This document shows positions 44,985 through 55,571 of a stretch of DNA of 64,000 nucleotides, in pieces (position 1 is the first letter of the stretch; each line of letters begins with the position of its first letter). The notes under the pieces were generated by a model. It was given only the letters and a program-made list of their open reading frames with translations, did not search any database and had not been told where the DNA came from. This DNA comes from Oscillospiraceae bacterium (GTDB lineage: Bacteria > Bacillota > Clostridia > Oscillospirales > Acutalibacteraceae). Both the position numbers and the translations under genes were made by a program. The DNA lies in contig SVOQ01000002.1 in assembly GCA_015066345.1 (NCBI GenBank), positions 58,659 through 122,658 of the forward strand, in the 5' to 3' direction.

Positions 44985-47093
44985 TTAAGGTATAAGTGTA
45001 TTGGGTGTTTCCTGAACATCAAATTGAGTTTTCTGACTGAAGTAATAATTGTATATAGGTACTGCCGCCTGGCTTGTTTTACTACCTGTAAGGGCATTTT
45101 CCGCCACTATTGCTATTGCAATTTCGGGGTCATCATACGGTGCGAAAGAAATGAAGAAACCGTTGTTACAGTCCATAGTAACGCCCGACTCCGTAGTTCT
45201 TTTAAGCTGTGATGTACCCGTTTTACCCGCCGCATCAACTATACATTTACTGAAGTAGGTATTGCAAGAACTGTTTACAACAACATCTCTCATACCCTGT
45301 TTTACAATATTTATATTTTTCTCGGAAGCGTTAAGGGTATTTAACACTACCGGCTCAGTTTCGTATATAACCTCACTCATATCCGCAGAAAGGACGGACT
45401 TTATAATGTATGGTTTATAACGTGTACCGCCGTTGGCAATGGTTGCGCAGTAGTTCGCCAACTGCAAGGGAGTGAAAAGGTTATCCGACTGACCGATAGC
45501 CGCCTGAACCGTATCACCGGGGAGCCATACCTGACCCGCCGCCTCTTTGTTAGCGACACTTGCCAGCATACCCTCCGCCTCAGGAAGTTCAAGCCCTGTG
45601 TCCTGACCGAGACCGAGAAGGTTACAGTATTTATTCATTTTATCAATGCCCAGTTCCTTACCCATTTCAAAGAAGAAAATATTACAGGATTTTTCGAGAG
45701 CAGTTGTTACGTTAAGATAGCCGTGATGACCAAGGCATTTAAATGTCTGGTCTTCAAGCACGTAGGTTGCACCGCAATAACAAGCACTGTCGATAGTTAT
45801 TGCTCCCTCCTCCAATGCCGCAAGGGCGATGGCGGGTTTCATTGTCGAACCGGGAGCATATGCACTCTGAATACCTCGGTTCCACAAGGGGCTTTCCGTA
45901 TCCGCCGCAAGTTTATCATAATCTTCAAAGTATTTTGTAATATCGTAAGTGGGGAGTGACACACAAGCGAGAACCGCACCCGTATTACAATCCAGAACAA
46001 CTATGGCTCCGGCACTACCGAAATAGGAGGAATTTTTATTATCCTTAAGCATATCTTTAAGAGCCTGAGTTGCAACCTTTTGCATTCCCGAGTCAATAGT
46101 GGTTACTACCGTATTACCCTGCTCGGGTTTAGTAAGGTAATCTTCAATAACCGTGCCGTCCGAGGCTATGGTAGTAGTTTTAATACCGTTAGTACCTCTG
46201 AGGTAGCCTTCCATTGCCGCTTCAATACCGCTTTTACCGTATTTATCGTCAAGGGAATACGCGTTATTTTTAAGGGTGAGAATATCCGTTGCCGTAAGGG
46301 ATTCATCGCTTAATTTTTCATTAAGCAAGGTTTCCTCTTTAGCGTATTCATCCGCATTTATAGAGCCTACAACACCAAGAATATGTGAATATGAAATTGT
46401 ATCACTATACTCGCGGTAACTTACACTTTCGCTCTCAACACCCGGGTATGTTTCGCTCATTTCCATAATAATTGAAACGATCTCCGTAGGTACATCTTCG
46501 GCGAATGTATATGGGGATGTTACGGAGAATGAAAGATATTTCATACCGAAACATACTGAGGCAATTTTTCTTGCATCATTTCTCGAATACTCCTGAAGAC
46601 CGTATCTTTCAATAAGAGCATCAAGACATTCATCAGCGGTTGAGTCAGTCCCTTTTTCGAGTTCAAGCATATTCTCGGAAACCATATACTCGAATTCCTG
46701 AGTCTTGTCCTCATCGACTATAAGTTTACCGCCTTGATATTTCAACGGAAGTCGATCCGTCCATTCAATATCATTTTTCTCAAACAACTGAATCAATGAA
46801 TAAATAAGTTTATTTCTGTCCTCCTGATTCTTCGCCTCAGGGAAATCAGCATATTTAAACACAACGGAGTTACCCTGCCTGTTTGTAACAAGAGGGTTGC
46901 CGTTACGGTCAAGAATTTCGCCACGGGAAGCCTTCACTTTACTTGTGGACACGGCAAGACTTTTTGCAGCCGCCTTGTACTTGTCACCATTTACAATCTG
47001 AGTAACTGACAAAGCAATAATCAGAGCCACAAAAGCCACAGCGATAATTATTGTACCTGTTATTCTTCTTCTTTTTCGTAATTCAATAGACAT
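44985..47093 (-). CDS. mrdA: penicillin-binding protein 2 (elongasome transpeptidase)
   Basis: N-terminal TM, PBP dimerisation domain, STMKP, SCN and KTGT motifs. Confidence 0.9.
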   Translation of the reverse strand: MSIELRKRRRITGTIIIAVAFVALIIALSVTQIVNGDKYKAAAKSLAVSTSKVKASRGEILDRNGNPLVTNRQGNSVVFKYADFPEAKNQEDRNKLIYSLIQLFEKNDIEWTDRLPLKYQGGKLIVDEDKTQEFEYMVSENMLELEKGTDSTADECLDALIERYGLQEYSRNDARKIASVCFGMKYLSFSVTSPYTFAEDVPTEIVSIIMEMSETYPGVESESVSYREYSDTISYSHILGVVGSINADEYAKEETLLNEKLSDESLTATDILTLKNNAYSLDDKYGKSGIEAAMEGYLRGTNGIKTTTIASDGTVIEDYLTKPEQGNTVVTTIDSGMQKVATQALKDMLKDNKNSSYFGSAGAIVVLDCNTGAVLACVSLPTYDITKYFEDYDKLAADTESPLWNRGIQSAYAPGSTMKPAIALAALEEGAITIDSACYCGATYVLEDQTFKCLGHHGYLNVTTALEKSCNIFFFEMGKELGIDKMNKYCNLLGLGQDTGLELPEAEGMLASVANKEAAGQVWLPGDTVQAAIGQSDNLFTPLQLANYCATIANGGTRYKPYIIKSVLSADMSEVIYETEPVVLNTLNASEKNINIVKQGMRDVVVNSSCNTYFSKCIVDAAGKTGTSQLKRTTESGVTMDCNNGFFISFAPYDDPEIAIAIVAENALTGSKTSQAAVPIYNYYFSQKTQFDVQETPNTLIP

Positions 47094-47104
47094 ACAAAAA
47101 ACCT

Positions 47105-47635
47105 TTATTCATCTGCAGTTTTATGTGAATTATAAATCCACGATATGGGAAAATAGAAAACGGGGATAAATGCCAATGTGTAAATGCACGAAGGCAGATA
47201 AAAAGTAAATATCTGTCTTACTGATGCACCCGCACCATCGAAAAACAAATTTACAATTACGTAAATTACACAGTAACTTACAACCGAACCTGCACCGAGA
47301 ACAAGTGCCGTAAGAATATTGTTACGCATAAGTCGGATAATAAGCAAACTGCACACAACACATATCAGTAATAAAACAATGGAATTAAATCCGTCTTTAA
47401 CGGAACATATATCCCATAATATGCCCGAAACCGCACCGAAAATTGCCGCGGCAATTTCCCTTTCGAACATAGCAATACTTACGCAAAGAGGTAATAATAT
47501 AAATGCCCTTGAACCAAAAATATCGGGAAGTATGTACGGGGAATTCTGCACAAGTGCCACAAGTCCGATTATCAGAGCATACAAACCAAAACGAATGTAT
47601 TTTTGTTTACTGTTTCCGTAATGCAAGGGTATCAC
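47105..47635 (-). CDS. mreD: rod shape-determining protein MreD
   Basis: 176 aa polytopic protein between mreC and mrdA. Confidence 0.8.
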   Translation of the reverse strand: MIPLHYGNSKQKYIRFGLYALIIGLVALVQNSPYILPDIFGSRAFILLPLCVSIAMFEREIAAAIFGAVSGILWDICSVKDGFNSIVLLLICVVCSLLIIRLMRNNILTALVLGAGSVVSYCVIYVIVNLFFDGAGASVRQIFTFYLPSCIYTLAFIPVFYFPISWIYNSHKTADE

Positions 47636-47660
47636 CTCTCTTTATTTTTAATTTAATCTT

Positions 47661-48518
47661 TTAGTCCTTAATCTCGCCTTCGCCCTGACCGTCAAATGAA
47701 GTAATAACAAAAACTTCGCTTATACGGTCCAAATCCGCAAAGGGCTTAACCAACGCATAACAAGCGGATGAAACATCGTCAGTTTTAACCGCCGTAACCT
47801 CGCCGACAATAAGTCCGTCGGGGAATACTCCACCTGCACCCGAGGTACACACCACGCCACCTTTTACGATGGATGTAGATGAGTCGAGCCCGTAAAGTTT
47901 ACAAAGTCCCTGAGAATATAATTTATCCTCACCGCTTACGTAACCGTATTCACGTGTACCCGATTCAAAAACACCTATATTAACCCTTGGGTCAAGTACC
48001 GAATAAACCACGCAGGTTGAGAAATTGACCTTTTTTACAATACCCACAACATACTCACCGTATATTACAGGGTCACCAACCTGAACGCCGTCACTTGAAC
48101 CTGTATTAAGCACAAACGAGCCGTAAACATCCGCCGCATCCCTTGATATAACGGAGCCGTAACTGATTTCAAAATCGGTGTTTTTTTGTTTTATTCCGTA
48201 AAACTCCTCGTAAGCGTCAACCTTTTTCTTAAGGTCGTCGTAATCCGCAAGTTGTTTACGGTAGCCCTCTATTTCTTTCTTCAGGGCTTCGTTTTCCTCA
48301 ATATAAACCGAGGAAGACTTAAAAGCGGCGGAAACATCATTCAGATTATCCGATATTGCTACGGACAGTTTCTGAAGTGGTGAAAAAATCGTACCGATTA
48401 CTGATGTAAAGGGTGACGAGGCGTTGTGGCTTACTGCCGCACACAACACACCCACAAGAACTACCGCGGCTACTATCACAAGATTTTTGAATGTACCGCT
48501 CTGTAAAAACCTTTTCAT
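47661..48518 (-). CDS. mreC: rod shape-determining protein MreC
   Basis: N-terminal TM, coiled coil and beta-rich C-terminal domain. Position after mreB. Confidence 0.85.
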   Translation of the reverse strand: MKRFLQSGTFKNLVIVAAVVLVGVLCAAVSHNASSPFTSVIGTIFSPLQKLSVAISDNLNDVSAAFKSSSVYIEENEALKKEIEGYRKQLADYDDLKKKVDAYEEFYGIKQKNTDFEISYGSVISRDAADVYGSFVLNTGSSDGVQVGDPVIYGEYVVGIVKKVNFSTCVVYSVLDPRVNIGVFESGTREYGYVSGEDKLYSQGLCKLYGLDSSTSIVKGGVVCTSGAGGVFPDGLIVGEVTAVKTDDVSSACYALVKPFADLDRISEVFVITSFDGQGEGEIKD

Positions 48519-48530
48519 TTTCTCAGTCCT

Positions 48531-49535
48531 TTATTTTCTGTTGAATCCCAATAAATCTTTTTCAAGACAGATACCCGTACCTCTAACAACACAGTCGAGG
48601 GGATTTTCAGCAACATTAACGGGCATACCTGTTTCCGTTGAAATAAGTTTGTCAAGACCACGGAGTAAAGCACCGCCGCCTGTAAGAGTTATACCTCTTT
48701 CAATAATATCCGCAGAAAGTTCGGGGGGAGTTCTATCGAGAGTATAACGGATAGCATCGAGAATTTCATCAACAGGGTCTGCAAGTGCCTGACGCACCTG
48801 TTCACTGGTAATTTCAACTGATTTGGGAAGACCGTCAATAAGGTTTCTTCCCTTTATTTCCATAGCGGCTTCGCCCTCATAGGGGTAAGCAGAACCAAGT
48901 TTAAGTTTTATATCTTCTGCGGAACGTTCGCCTATAAGAAGGTTGAATGTTCTTTTTACATAAGAGATTATTGCTTCGTCGAAATTGTCACCTGCAACTC
49001 TTACGGATTTTGAAGTAACAATATCACCTAAGGATATAACCGCAACTTCGGATGTACCGCCACCGATATCAACAATCATACTACCCGTTGCCTCAAGTAC
49101 GGGAAGACCCGCACCGATAGCCGCCGCCATAGGTTCTTCAATAAGGCTTACGTATCTTGCACCCGCACTCTTAGCCGCGTCATGCACCGCACGTCTTTCA
49201 ACCTCGGTAACGCCCGAGGGTATACAAATCATAACTCTTGCTCTATTGAAGGGTGAACCGCTTATTGCTCTTTTCACAAAAGCCTTAAGCATATCTGCGG
49301 TCATATCAAAGTCCGCAATAACACCGTCTTTAAGAGGACGTACCGCAGTAATTGAACCGGGTGTTCTGCCTATCATTTTTTTAGCATCCGCACCAACGGC
49401 TACAACTGTTTTAGGGTTTGTTCTTTCATCCACCGCAACAACCGATGGCTCTCTGATAACTATACCTTTACCTTTAACAAATACCAGTGTGTTGGCTGTA
49501 CCGAGGTCAACACCAATATCCTGTGAAAACAACAT
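48531..49535 (-). CDS. mreB: rod shape-determining protein MreB
   Basis: Actin-fold motifs DLGTANT, DIGGGT and LTGGGALL. Confidence 0.95.
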   Translation of the reverse strand: MLFSQDIGVDLGTANTLVFVKGKGIVIREPSVVAVDERTNPKTVVAVGADAKKMIGRTPGSITAVRPLKDGVIADFDMTADMLKAFVKRAISGSPFNRARVMICIPSGVTEVERRAVHDAAKSAGARYVSLIEEPMAAAIGAGLPVLEATGSMIVDIGGGTSEVAVISLGDIVTSKSVRVAGDNFDEAIISYVKRTFNLLIGERSAEDIKLKLGSAYPYEGEAAMEIKGRNLIDGLPKSVEITSEQVRQALADPVDEILDAIRYTLDRTPPELSADIIERGITLTGGGALLRGLDKLISTETGMPVNVAENPLDCVVRGTGICLEKDLLGFNRK

Positions 49536-49556
49536 ATATATACATTCCTTTCGGGA

Positions 49557-50390
49557 TTATTTTTTTCTTAATAGATATGTAACGAAGAAGATTATTGCCG
49601 AAACGGTAACAATCGTAGCACCCGCCGATGTGTCTGCGTAGAACGAAATCAAAAGTCCCGATACTGCAGAAACTAACGAAATTGCCACCGAAAAACCCAT
49701 ATACTGCCTTGAATTCTTAGCAATATTTCTTGCGGCTGCGGCGGGTAAAATGAGAAGTGAGTTTATAAGAAGGATTCCTACCCACTTAATTGAAATCATA
49801 ACAACAACCGCAACCATTATTACGAAGATATTTTCGTAAAGAGCTGTTTTTATACCGCGACTTGCGGCTAATTCACGGTTTACGGTTATAACAAGTAATT
49901 TATTGTAAATTAAAGACCATACAACAATTACCACTACAAAAGTTATAAGAAGATAAAGAAGTTCTTTTTTTGAAATACTTAAAATATCACCCACAAGGTA
50001 TGTACTGTATTTCGAGAAACTTCCTCCGTATGAAAGTACAAGCAAACCGATGGCTATACTCGTTGATGAAAATACACTTATAACCGTGTCCGATGAAGAA
50101 TTACCCCGATTTTTAACACGGGTTATTATAAGAGCCACCAACACGCCAAAGGCTACCAGGGAAATAATTTCATTTCTGATTCCTAAAAGTACACCTAGAG
50201 CGATACCCGTAAAAGCACTATGACCTAAGGCATCTGAGAAAAACGCCATTTTGTTATTAACTGCCATTGTGCCGAGAACACCCATAAGCGGAGCAATTAA
50301 AAGTACCGCCAAAAGGGCATTTATCATAAATTTGTAATCCGCCCAATGAAAGGGAATCACATTACCTAAAACGCTATATATTACGCTCAC
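49557..50390 (-). CDS. znuB: metal (zinc/manganese) ABC transporter permease
   Basis: ABC-3 family profile, 277 aa. Abuts the ATPase gene. Confidence 0.8.
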   Translation of the reverse strand: MSVIYSVLGNVIPFHWADYKFMINALLAVLLIAPLMGVLGTMAVNNKMAFFSDALGHSAFTGIALGVLLGIRNEIISLVAFGVLVALIITRVKNRGNSSSDTVISVFSSTSIAIGLLVLSYGGSFSKYSTYLVGDILSISKKELLYLLITFVVVIVVWSLIYNKLLVITVNRELAASRGIKTALYENIFVIMVAVVVMISIKWVGILLINSLLILPAAAARNIAKNSRQYMGFSVAISLVSAVSGLLISFYADTSAGATIVTVSAIIFFVTYLLRKK

Positions 50391-51142
50391 TAAAACGCCC
50401 CCTTTTCGGGCACGGTAAAGAATACTTTTTTGAATTCTTCTGATTCAAAAACTTCTTTTGCAGGACCGCTTTTAAGCACTGTTTTATTTATAAGGATTAC
50501 ATTGTCCGCATATTCCCGAACAATTTCCAAATCGTGAGAAACCATGGCAATTGCCATATGATAATTATGCTTGAGGTTTAAAATAGCCTCGTAGAATTTC
50601 TCGCTACCCTGAGCGTCAACACCCGACACCGGCTCGTCGAGAATAAGCAATTCGGGAAGTGGGTAAAGTGCATTTACCAACATAACCCTCTGAAGTTCAC
50701 CGCCCGAAAGTTCACCTAATTTGCGGTTTTTAAGTTCTAAACAACCTACCGCCTCAAGGGCTTCATCCAACTGAGCGGATATTTTTTTGTTACGTAAAAA
50801 ACAAACGGGGTTTGATGTTCTGCCCAACAGTAGAAAATCCTCTACACTAACGGGAGCCGAACGGTCAAAGTCAAGACGTTGGGGTACATAACCAATGGTT
50901 ATTTTATTAAGTTTTTCACCGTTGTGGGATTCAAAACCAACGCTACCCTCGTGTTGAATTTCACCTAAAACTGATTTTACCAAGGTAGTTTTACCCGCAC
51001 CGTTTACGCCTATAACCGCCGTAAGTTCACCGCAATGCAGATGAAACGAAACATCGGAAAGGATAACATCCGAACCCTTTTTAACTCCGATATTATCTAC
51101 CGATATTTTGCAAAGACCGCAACCGTTTTCGGATGCCATCAA
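50390..51142 (-). CDS. znuC: metal ABC transporter ATP-binding protein
   Basis: GVNGAGKTT Walker A, LSGGELQR signature and LILDEP Walker B. Confidence 0.85.
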   Translation of the reverse strand: MMASENGCGLCKISVDNIGVKKGSDVILSDVSFHLHCGELTAVIGVNGAGKTTLVKSVLGEIQHEGSVGFESHNGEKLNKITIGYVPQRLDFDRSAPVSVEDFLLLGRTSNPVCFLRNKKISAQLDEALEAVGCLELKNRKLGELSGGELQRVMLVNALYPLPELLILDEPVSGVDAQGSEKFYEAILNLKHNYHMAIAMVSHDLEIVREYADNVILINKTVLKSGPAKEVFESEEFKKVFFTVPEKGAF

Positions 51143-52047
51143 CTCACCGCCTTTAAGATGGTTTGTATATTTTCTTTCATTATATCCTCGTACGCACTAA
51201 GGGTAACTTCCCCTTTGATTACGGGATTAAGCACGTAAATTTCCACGCCCGCTTCCGCACTGATAATCTCTGCGGAACTTCCGTTGTAATCAGGTTCAAC
51301 AAAAAGGGCTTTTACGTCATTCTCGGGTACTGTGTCACAAAGATGTGCAATTTCCTTTGCGGAGGGTTCACCGCCCTCGTCACTTTCAATGCACTCCACT
51401 ATTTCAAGACCCGATTCTTTTGCCATATATTCGTAGGCACTGTGGAATGTGATTATTTTTTCACCCTGTGCCTTTTTATACGTGTTTTCTAATTCAAGGG
51501 ATAATTCATTTAATCTCTCAATGTAGTTTTCGTAATTCTCATTAATCTGCTTTTCGTAAGACGGATATTCCGAAACAAGTCCGTTTTTAATATTGAGAAC
51601 CTGTTTCTTTGCATTTTCAACCGAAAGCCAGATGTGAGAATTGTTCTCGTGATTGTGAGAGTGATGTTCTTCACTTTCCTCGTGATGATGTGAGCAGATA
51701 AGTTCAATACCCGCTGAAGAATCAATTATATCCAAATCCTCCACCGTTTCGGTAATATCGGGAAGAAAACTTTCTAACCCTGCACCGTTTATAATGAAAA
51801 CATCCGCATCACTGAGAAGTTTTGCATCACGGGCGGTAAGGGTGTAATCGTGAAGGCAACCCGAACTTTGCTCCGCCATACAAGTAACCGTAAGACCGTC
51901 AATACCGTCAACGAGATTCAACGTGAAAATATATATGGGATAAAAGGATACGGCAATAACCGAATCCTCAGTATCCGTTAAAGTTGTACCGCAACCTGCG
52001 GTAAAAAGCAATGAAAGTACAAGTATCATTGCAAGAACTTTTTTCAC
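51139..52047 (-). CDS. znuA: zinc ABC transporter substrate-binding lipoprotein with a His-rich loop
   Basis: Lipobox LFTAGC. HHHEESEEHHSHNHENNSH loop typical of ZnuA/AdcA. Confidence 0.8.
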   Translation of the reverse strand: MKKVLAMILVLSLLFTAGCGTTLTDTEDSVIAVSFYPIYIFTLNLVDGIDGLTVTCMAEQSSGCLHDYTLTARDAKLLSDADVFIINGAGLESFLPDITETVEDLDIIDSSAGIELICSHHHEESEEHHSHNHENNSHIWLSVENAKKQVLNIKNGLVSEYPSYEKQINENYENYIERLNELSLELENTYKKAQGEKIITFHSAYEYMAKESGLEIVECIESDEGGEPSAKEIAHLCDTVPENDVKALFVEPDYNGSSAEIISAEAGVEIYVLNPVIKGEVTLSAYEDIMKENIQTILKAVS

Positions 52048-52054
52048 GTTTTTC

Positions 52055-53653
52055 TCACCTTACCAGTCTGAAGTAATAGGGAATTTCCGAACCGTAAAGA
52101 CCCGTTTCAACTTTTACGTAATATGTACCCGCAGGTACTAATACAACGCCCGTTGTAACAAGGTGTTCGTTAAGATATGAGTCCACCGTACAGATTTCTT
52201 TACCGCTTTCGTCAACCACACTTGCAGTCCAACAATGTTCATTCTCATTACCTGCTTCGTGGTAGAACTCAAGACACATTCTTGTATCTTTATCAAGTTC
52301 GAATTTATAGTAATCCTCATCATAAAGAGAGTCTGTCGAAATAATCGCACCGTAGTAATACTTACTGAACTGTGCCGAATCGCAGGTTTCCATAGTATTA
52401 TTAGGCTCGTGCTCGTAATTCGAGGCTTCCGTAAAGCTCCACTTACAAGTGTAGTATGAGGAGTTATATGAAACAGAGTCACCGTCTATACAGATGTAGT
52501 AATCACCCGGTGCAAGACCCATATCCTCAATTACAAGGCTTTCGCTATTCCACATAGCAATTTTACGGACTATTTCGTAATATGAACCATCCTCAAGTGG
52601 CTTGATAAGGCGGATATTCCAACCGCGTTTGTCACCCTCAAGAATCTCGTGTTCAAATTCGAAATCAATGTAACCGTTAGCAGGAACGGTAAATTTGTAG
52701 TAGTCTTTATCAAGTCCGAGAAGTCTGTCCGCAAGGCTACCGCCAATAATTACGTCCGCAGGAAGATTGGTTGCAGTTTCGGGGGTATCGTTAAGTTCAA
52801 ACTCGTTGTTTGTGGCTTTGTCTGCACCAACGAGAATAGTGTATGTGTCGGAGACTTCCGTCTGAGCCTCAACCTTGATATAGTATGTACCCGTCTGTAA
52901 ACCTATAACACCGGTCTTAACGAGAGTTTCGTTTAACCTTGATGTGAATTGGGTAATAAGTTTATCCGCGTCATTGTAAAGGGAAACATTCCAACCTACC
53001 GTGGGGAGCGTATTATCGTTATGAGTAAATGTTAAACTTACAACGCTATCCTCAAAAAGTTCAAGGATGTACCAGTCAGTATCCGTACCGTTTTCACGTC
53101 TTGACGATGAGCCGTATTTACCGTACTTAACCGCAATGGGTGTTGCTTCGTCAATAGTATCGTTAGGCTCTTTTTCGTAAGTTTCGGTGGCGGTAAACAT
53201 AGTAGAAATGGTGTAATCCGTTTCAATAAAGTACATACCCGCTTTTACTACAATGCAGTATGTACCGGGAGTAACGCCTGTTTCACCCCATGTTGATGTA
53301 ACATCGCTCCAGAAAGATTCAAAGAAACTTAATTCCTTGTAAACCTTTTCTTCGCCATCAATTATTTTATAAAGGGTTATCTGCCATGCAGTTTTTGCAG
53401 TGTCCTGATAATCCTCGTGATCGAGTCTTACAACCAATGCACCGTTGGAAGGCACTTCAAATATATACGCATCATAGTCATCGGAACTTCTGAGAACACC
53501 CGTAGCCTCCGAATTAAGAGCCATATAGGTAGGTGTATTAGTTTTAAACAAACCGTCCTGCACAATAACCGAAGCGGCACCTGCACAAAGGGAAACTGCT
53601 AAAATAACAATAGCCGTAATAAGGGCGGTAAATTTTATTTTACGCTTATTCAT
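52055..53653 (-). CDS. secreted protein with four pre-peptidase C-terminal (PPC)-like repeats
   Basis: Signal peptide. Repeated E(P/L)N(D/N)T..(E/T)A ... D.D(W/Y)Y.(F/L) blocks about every 125 aa. Confidence 0.6.
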   Translation of the reverse strand: MNKRKIKFTALITAIVILAVSLCAGAASVIVQDGLFKTNTPTYMALNSEATGVLRSSDDYDAYIFEVPSNGALVVRLDHEDYQDTAKTAWQITLYKIIDGEEKVYKELSFFESFWSDVTSTWGETGVTPGTYCIVVKAGMYFIETDYTISTMFTATETYEKEPNDTIDEATPIAVKYGKYGSSSRRENGTDTDWYILELFEDSVVSLTFTHNDNTLPTVGWNVSLYNDADKLITQFTSRLNETLVKTGVIGLQTGTYYIKVEAQTEVSDTYTILVGADKATNNEFELNDTPETATNLPADVIIGGSLADRLLGLDKDYYKFTVPANGYIDFEFEHEILEGDKRGWNIRLIKPLEDGSYYEIVRKIAMWNSESLVIEDMGLAPGDYYICIDGDSVSYNSSYYTCKWSFTEASNYEHEPNNTMETCDSAQFSKYYYGAIISTDSLYDEDYYKFELDKDTRMCLEFYHEAGNENEHCWTASVVDESGKEICTVDSYLNEHLVTTGVVLVPAGTYYVKVETGLYGSEIPYYFRLVR

Positions 53654-54197
53654 AAGCCAGACTCCTTTTTAATTCTTCCAGTGCTTCGTCATATTGTGGC
53701 ACCGTATCCGTATATGAACAAAGTACGGTTTTAATAAATTCAATATTAAGAATTGAAAACGCACATTTTAATTGCCAATTCATAAACTCAACACTTTTTT
53801 TACCGTCGCGACCCGCTGCTGCAATGAGAATTGCTTTTCTGCGTTTTTTAATAGGTTGAACCTTACCGTTAGCATAAAAGGCAGTGTAATAACGCTGAAA
53901 CCTGTCAACAAGAGCCTTAAGTGGTGCGGGGAAAGTGCCGTTATAAACGGGACTTGAAAAAATAATCAAATCCGCATTTTCGAACTTTTCAAAAAAATCA
54001 TCTAAATCCCCATGAACACATTTACCGTTAGTTTCACAGTAATTACAACCGTTACAGGGTGCGAAATCTTCTTTAAAAGTATCAAAAATATCAATATGAC
54101 AACCGACAAGTGATTTCTCCGCTTCCGCTGAAAGACGGTTTGTAAAACTGTCTTTTCTCTCAGAGCCTTTTATAATTAAAACACGTTTGTTTTCCAT
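53646..54197 (-). CDS. flavodoxin-like fold NAD(P)H-dependent FMN reductase / iron-sulfur flavoprotein-like
   Basis: VLIIKGSERK, a Cys cluster CNGCNYCETNGKC and IIFSSPVYNGTFPAPLK. Confidence 0.7.
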   Translation of the reverse strand: MENKRVLIIKGSERKDSFTNRLSAEAEKSLVGCHIDIFDTFKEDFAPCNGCNYCETNGKCVHGDLDDFFEKFENADLIIFSSPVYNGTFPAPLKALVDRFQRYYTAFYANGKVQPIKKRRKAILIAAAGRDGKKSVEFMNWQLKCAFSILNIEFIKTVLCSYTDTVPQYDEALEELKRSLAYE

Positions 54198-54330
54198 AAA
54201 TCACTCATCCGTTTTTGAAAATCATAATTCTGACCTGAATTTTAATGGCAAAAATCCATTATCGGCTAATTATAACATATATCATATATAAAATAAATAC
54301 CTTAAAATAATAAATTAACGATTTTTTTAC

Positions 54331-54372
54331 AAAAAATAAAACAGCCCTTACCATATAACAGGAAAGGACTGT
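54331..54372 (-). terminator. intrinsic terminator after the ferredoxin gene
   Basis: ACAGTCCTT...AAGGGCTGT stem (1 mismatch) followed by TTTTATTTTTT on the minus strand. Confidence 0.65.
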
Positions 54373-54412
54373 CGAGTTCTTTTAAATCTGCGCCAAAAGC
54401 GCCGTTTTAAAA

Positions 54413-54583
54413 TTATTCAGCAACAGGAGCGCCAACAGGACAACTACCTTCACATGCACCACAATCAATGCACTTATCAGCATCGATAACATAGATGCCG
54501 TCGCCTTCTGAGATTGCTTCTACGGGGCAATCTGCAGCACAAGCGCCACAAGAAATGCAAGCGTCTGTAATTTTGTATGCCAT
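54413..54583 (-). CDS. fdx: clostridial-type 2[4Fe-4S] ferredoxin (56 aa; missed by the ORF track)
   Basis: Translates to [56 protein letters not shown], with two CxxCxxCxxxCP motifs. AAGGAGG Shine-Dalgarno. Confidence 0.9.
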   Translation of the reverse strand: MAYKITDACISCGACAADCPVEAISEGDGIYVIDADKCIDCGACEGSCPVGAPVAE

Positions 54584-54616
54584 TTGTCTTACCTCCTTGT
54601 ATAATTATGTGCCTTC

Positions 54617-54644
54617 ATTGTAGCACATTTTTTGCAGAAATCAA
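54617..54644 (-). promoter_or_regulatory. extended -10 promoter for the ferredoxin gene
   Basis: Minus strand reads TTGATT, 16 nt, TGcTACAAT. Confidence 0.55.
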
Positions 54645-54696
54645 TAGAAAATTATAATTTTTAAGGGATATTTTAGGATATTATGACTTCGGTTTA

Positions 54697-55551
54697 TTAT
54701 TCCTCGGCGGTATCCTCTGCATTTTCGTCATTAAACTTCTGTCGTTTTACCAATTTTACTTCCTTGCGGAAAAACTCTGTGGGAATTGCCTCGGGGCGTC
54801 TTTCAAGGGAAACTTTAATCATACCCGTAAGCAAATTGCTTTCAGTTACGGTACCCCTACCCTCTCTTGTATCAACTATTGAGCCAACGCGAGGGGTTAT
54901 TTTAGCAAGGTACTCGTAAGAATCCTGCTCATATTTAAGGCAACAAAGGAGTCTGCCACAAGTACCGCTTATTTTACTCGGGTTAAGGGAAAGCCCCTGT
55001 TCTTTTGCCATTTTTATTGATACGGGGTGGAAATCGTCAAGGAATTGTGAGCAACAGAAGGGTCTGCCACAAATACCGAGACCGCCTATCATTTTAGATA
55101 CGTCGCGTACACCAATCTGACGCATTTCAATTCGTGTTCTGTACTGTGATGCAAGGATTTTAACAAGTTCTCTGAAATCTACACGGTCATCGGATGTGAA
55201 ATAAAACAACATCTTACTACCGTCAAAGGTGCACTCCACCTCAACAAGTTTCATATCAAGACCAAGTTGCTGAACCTTTTTCTCACAAAAAGCAAAAGCT
55301 TCTGCCTCTTTTTTGCGATTTGTTTCAACAATTTTTGTATCCTCCGCATTAGCACCTCTGATAATCTTTTTAAGGGGGTGGCGGATTTCTTCTTCCGCAA
55401 CAGTATGATTTGCCGATGCAATTTCACCGCATTCAATACCGCGAACCGTTTCAACGATTACCTTTTCGCCTTTTGAAAAGGTCTTTGAATCCGGATCAAA
55501 ATAATAAATTTTCCCGTTTTCCTTAAAACGGATACCTACAACTTCTGCCAT
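54697..55551 (-). CDS. ricT: PSP1-domain protein YaaT/RicT
   Basis: VVGIRFKENGKIYYFDP start and a Cys-rich CGRLLCCLKYE block. Position after holB. Confidence 0.85.
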   Translation of the reverse strand: MAEVVGIRFKENGKIYYFDPDSKTFSKGEKVIVETVRGIECGEIASANHTVAEEEIRHPLKKIIRGANAEDTKIVETNRKKEAEAFAFCEKKVQQLGLDMKLVEVECTFDGSKMLFYFTSDDRVDFRELVKILASQYRTRIEMRQIGVRDVSKMIGGLGICGRPFCCSQFLDDFHPVSIKMAKEQGLSLNPSKISGTCGRLLCCLKYEQDSYEYLAKITPRVGSIVDTREGRGTVTESNLLTGMIKVSLERRPEAIPTEFFRKEVKLVKRQKFNDENAEDTAEE

Positions 55552-55571
55552 AATATATCTATGTCTCCTAA

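Noticed and set aside
54198-54260. Possible Zur/Fur-family box (TGAAAATCATAATTCTGA) upstream of the flavoprotein-PPC-znu operon.
   Set aside because: Only about 12/18 positions are self-complementary, and the second half-site does not match the 7-1-7 TNATAAT-N-ATTATNA pattern. This is too weak to call.
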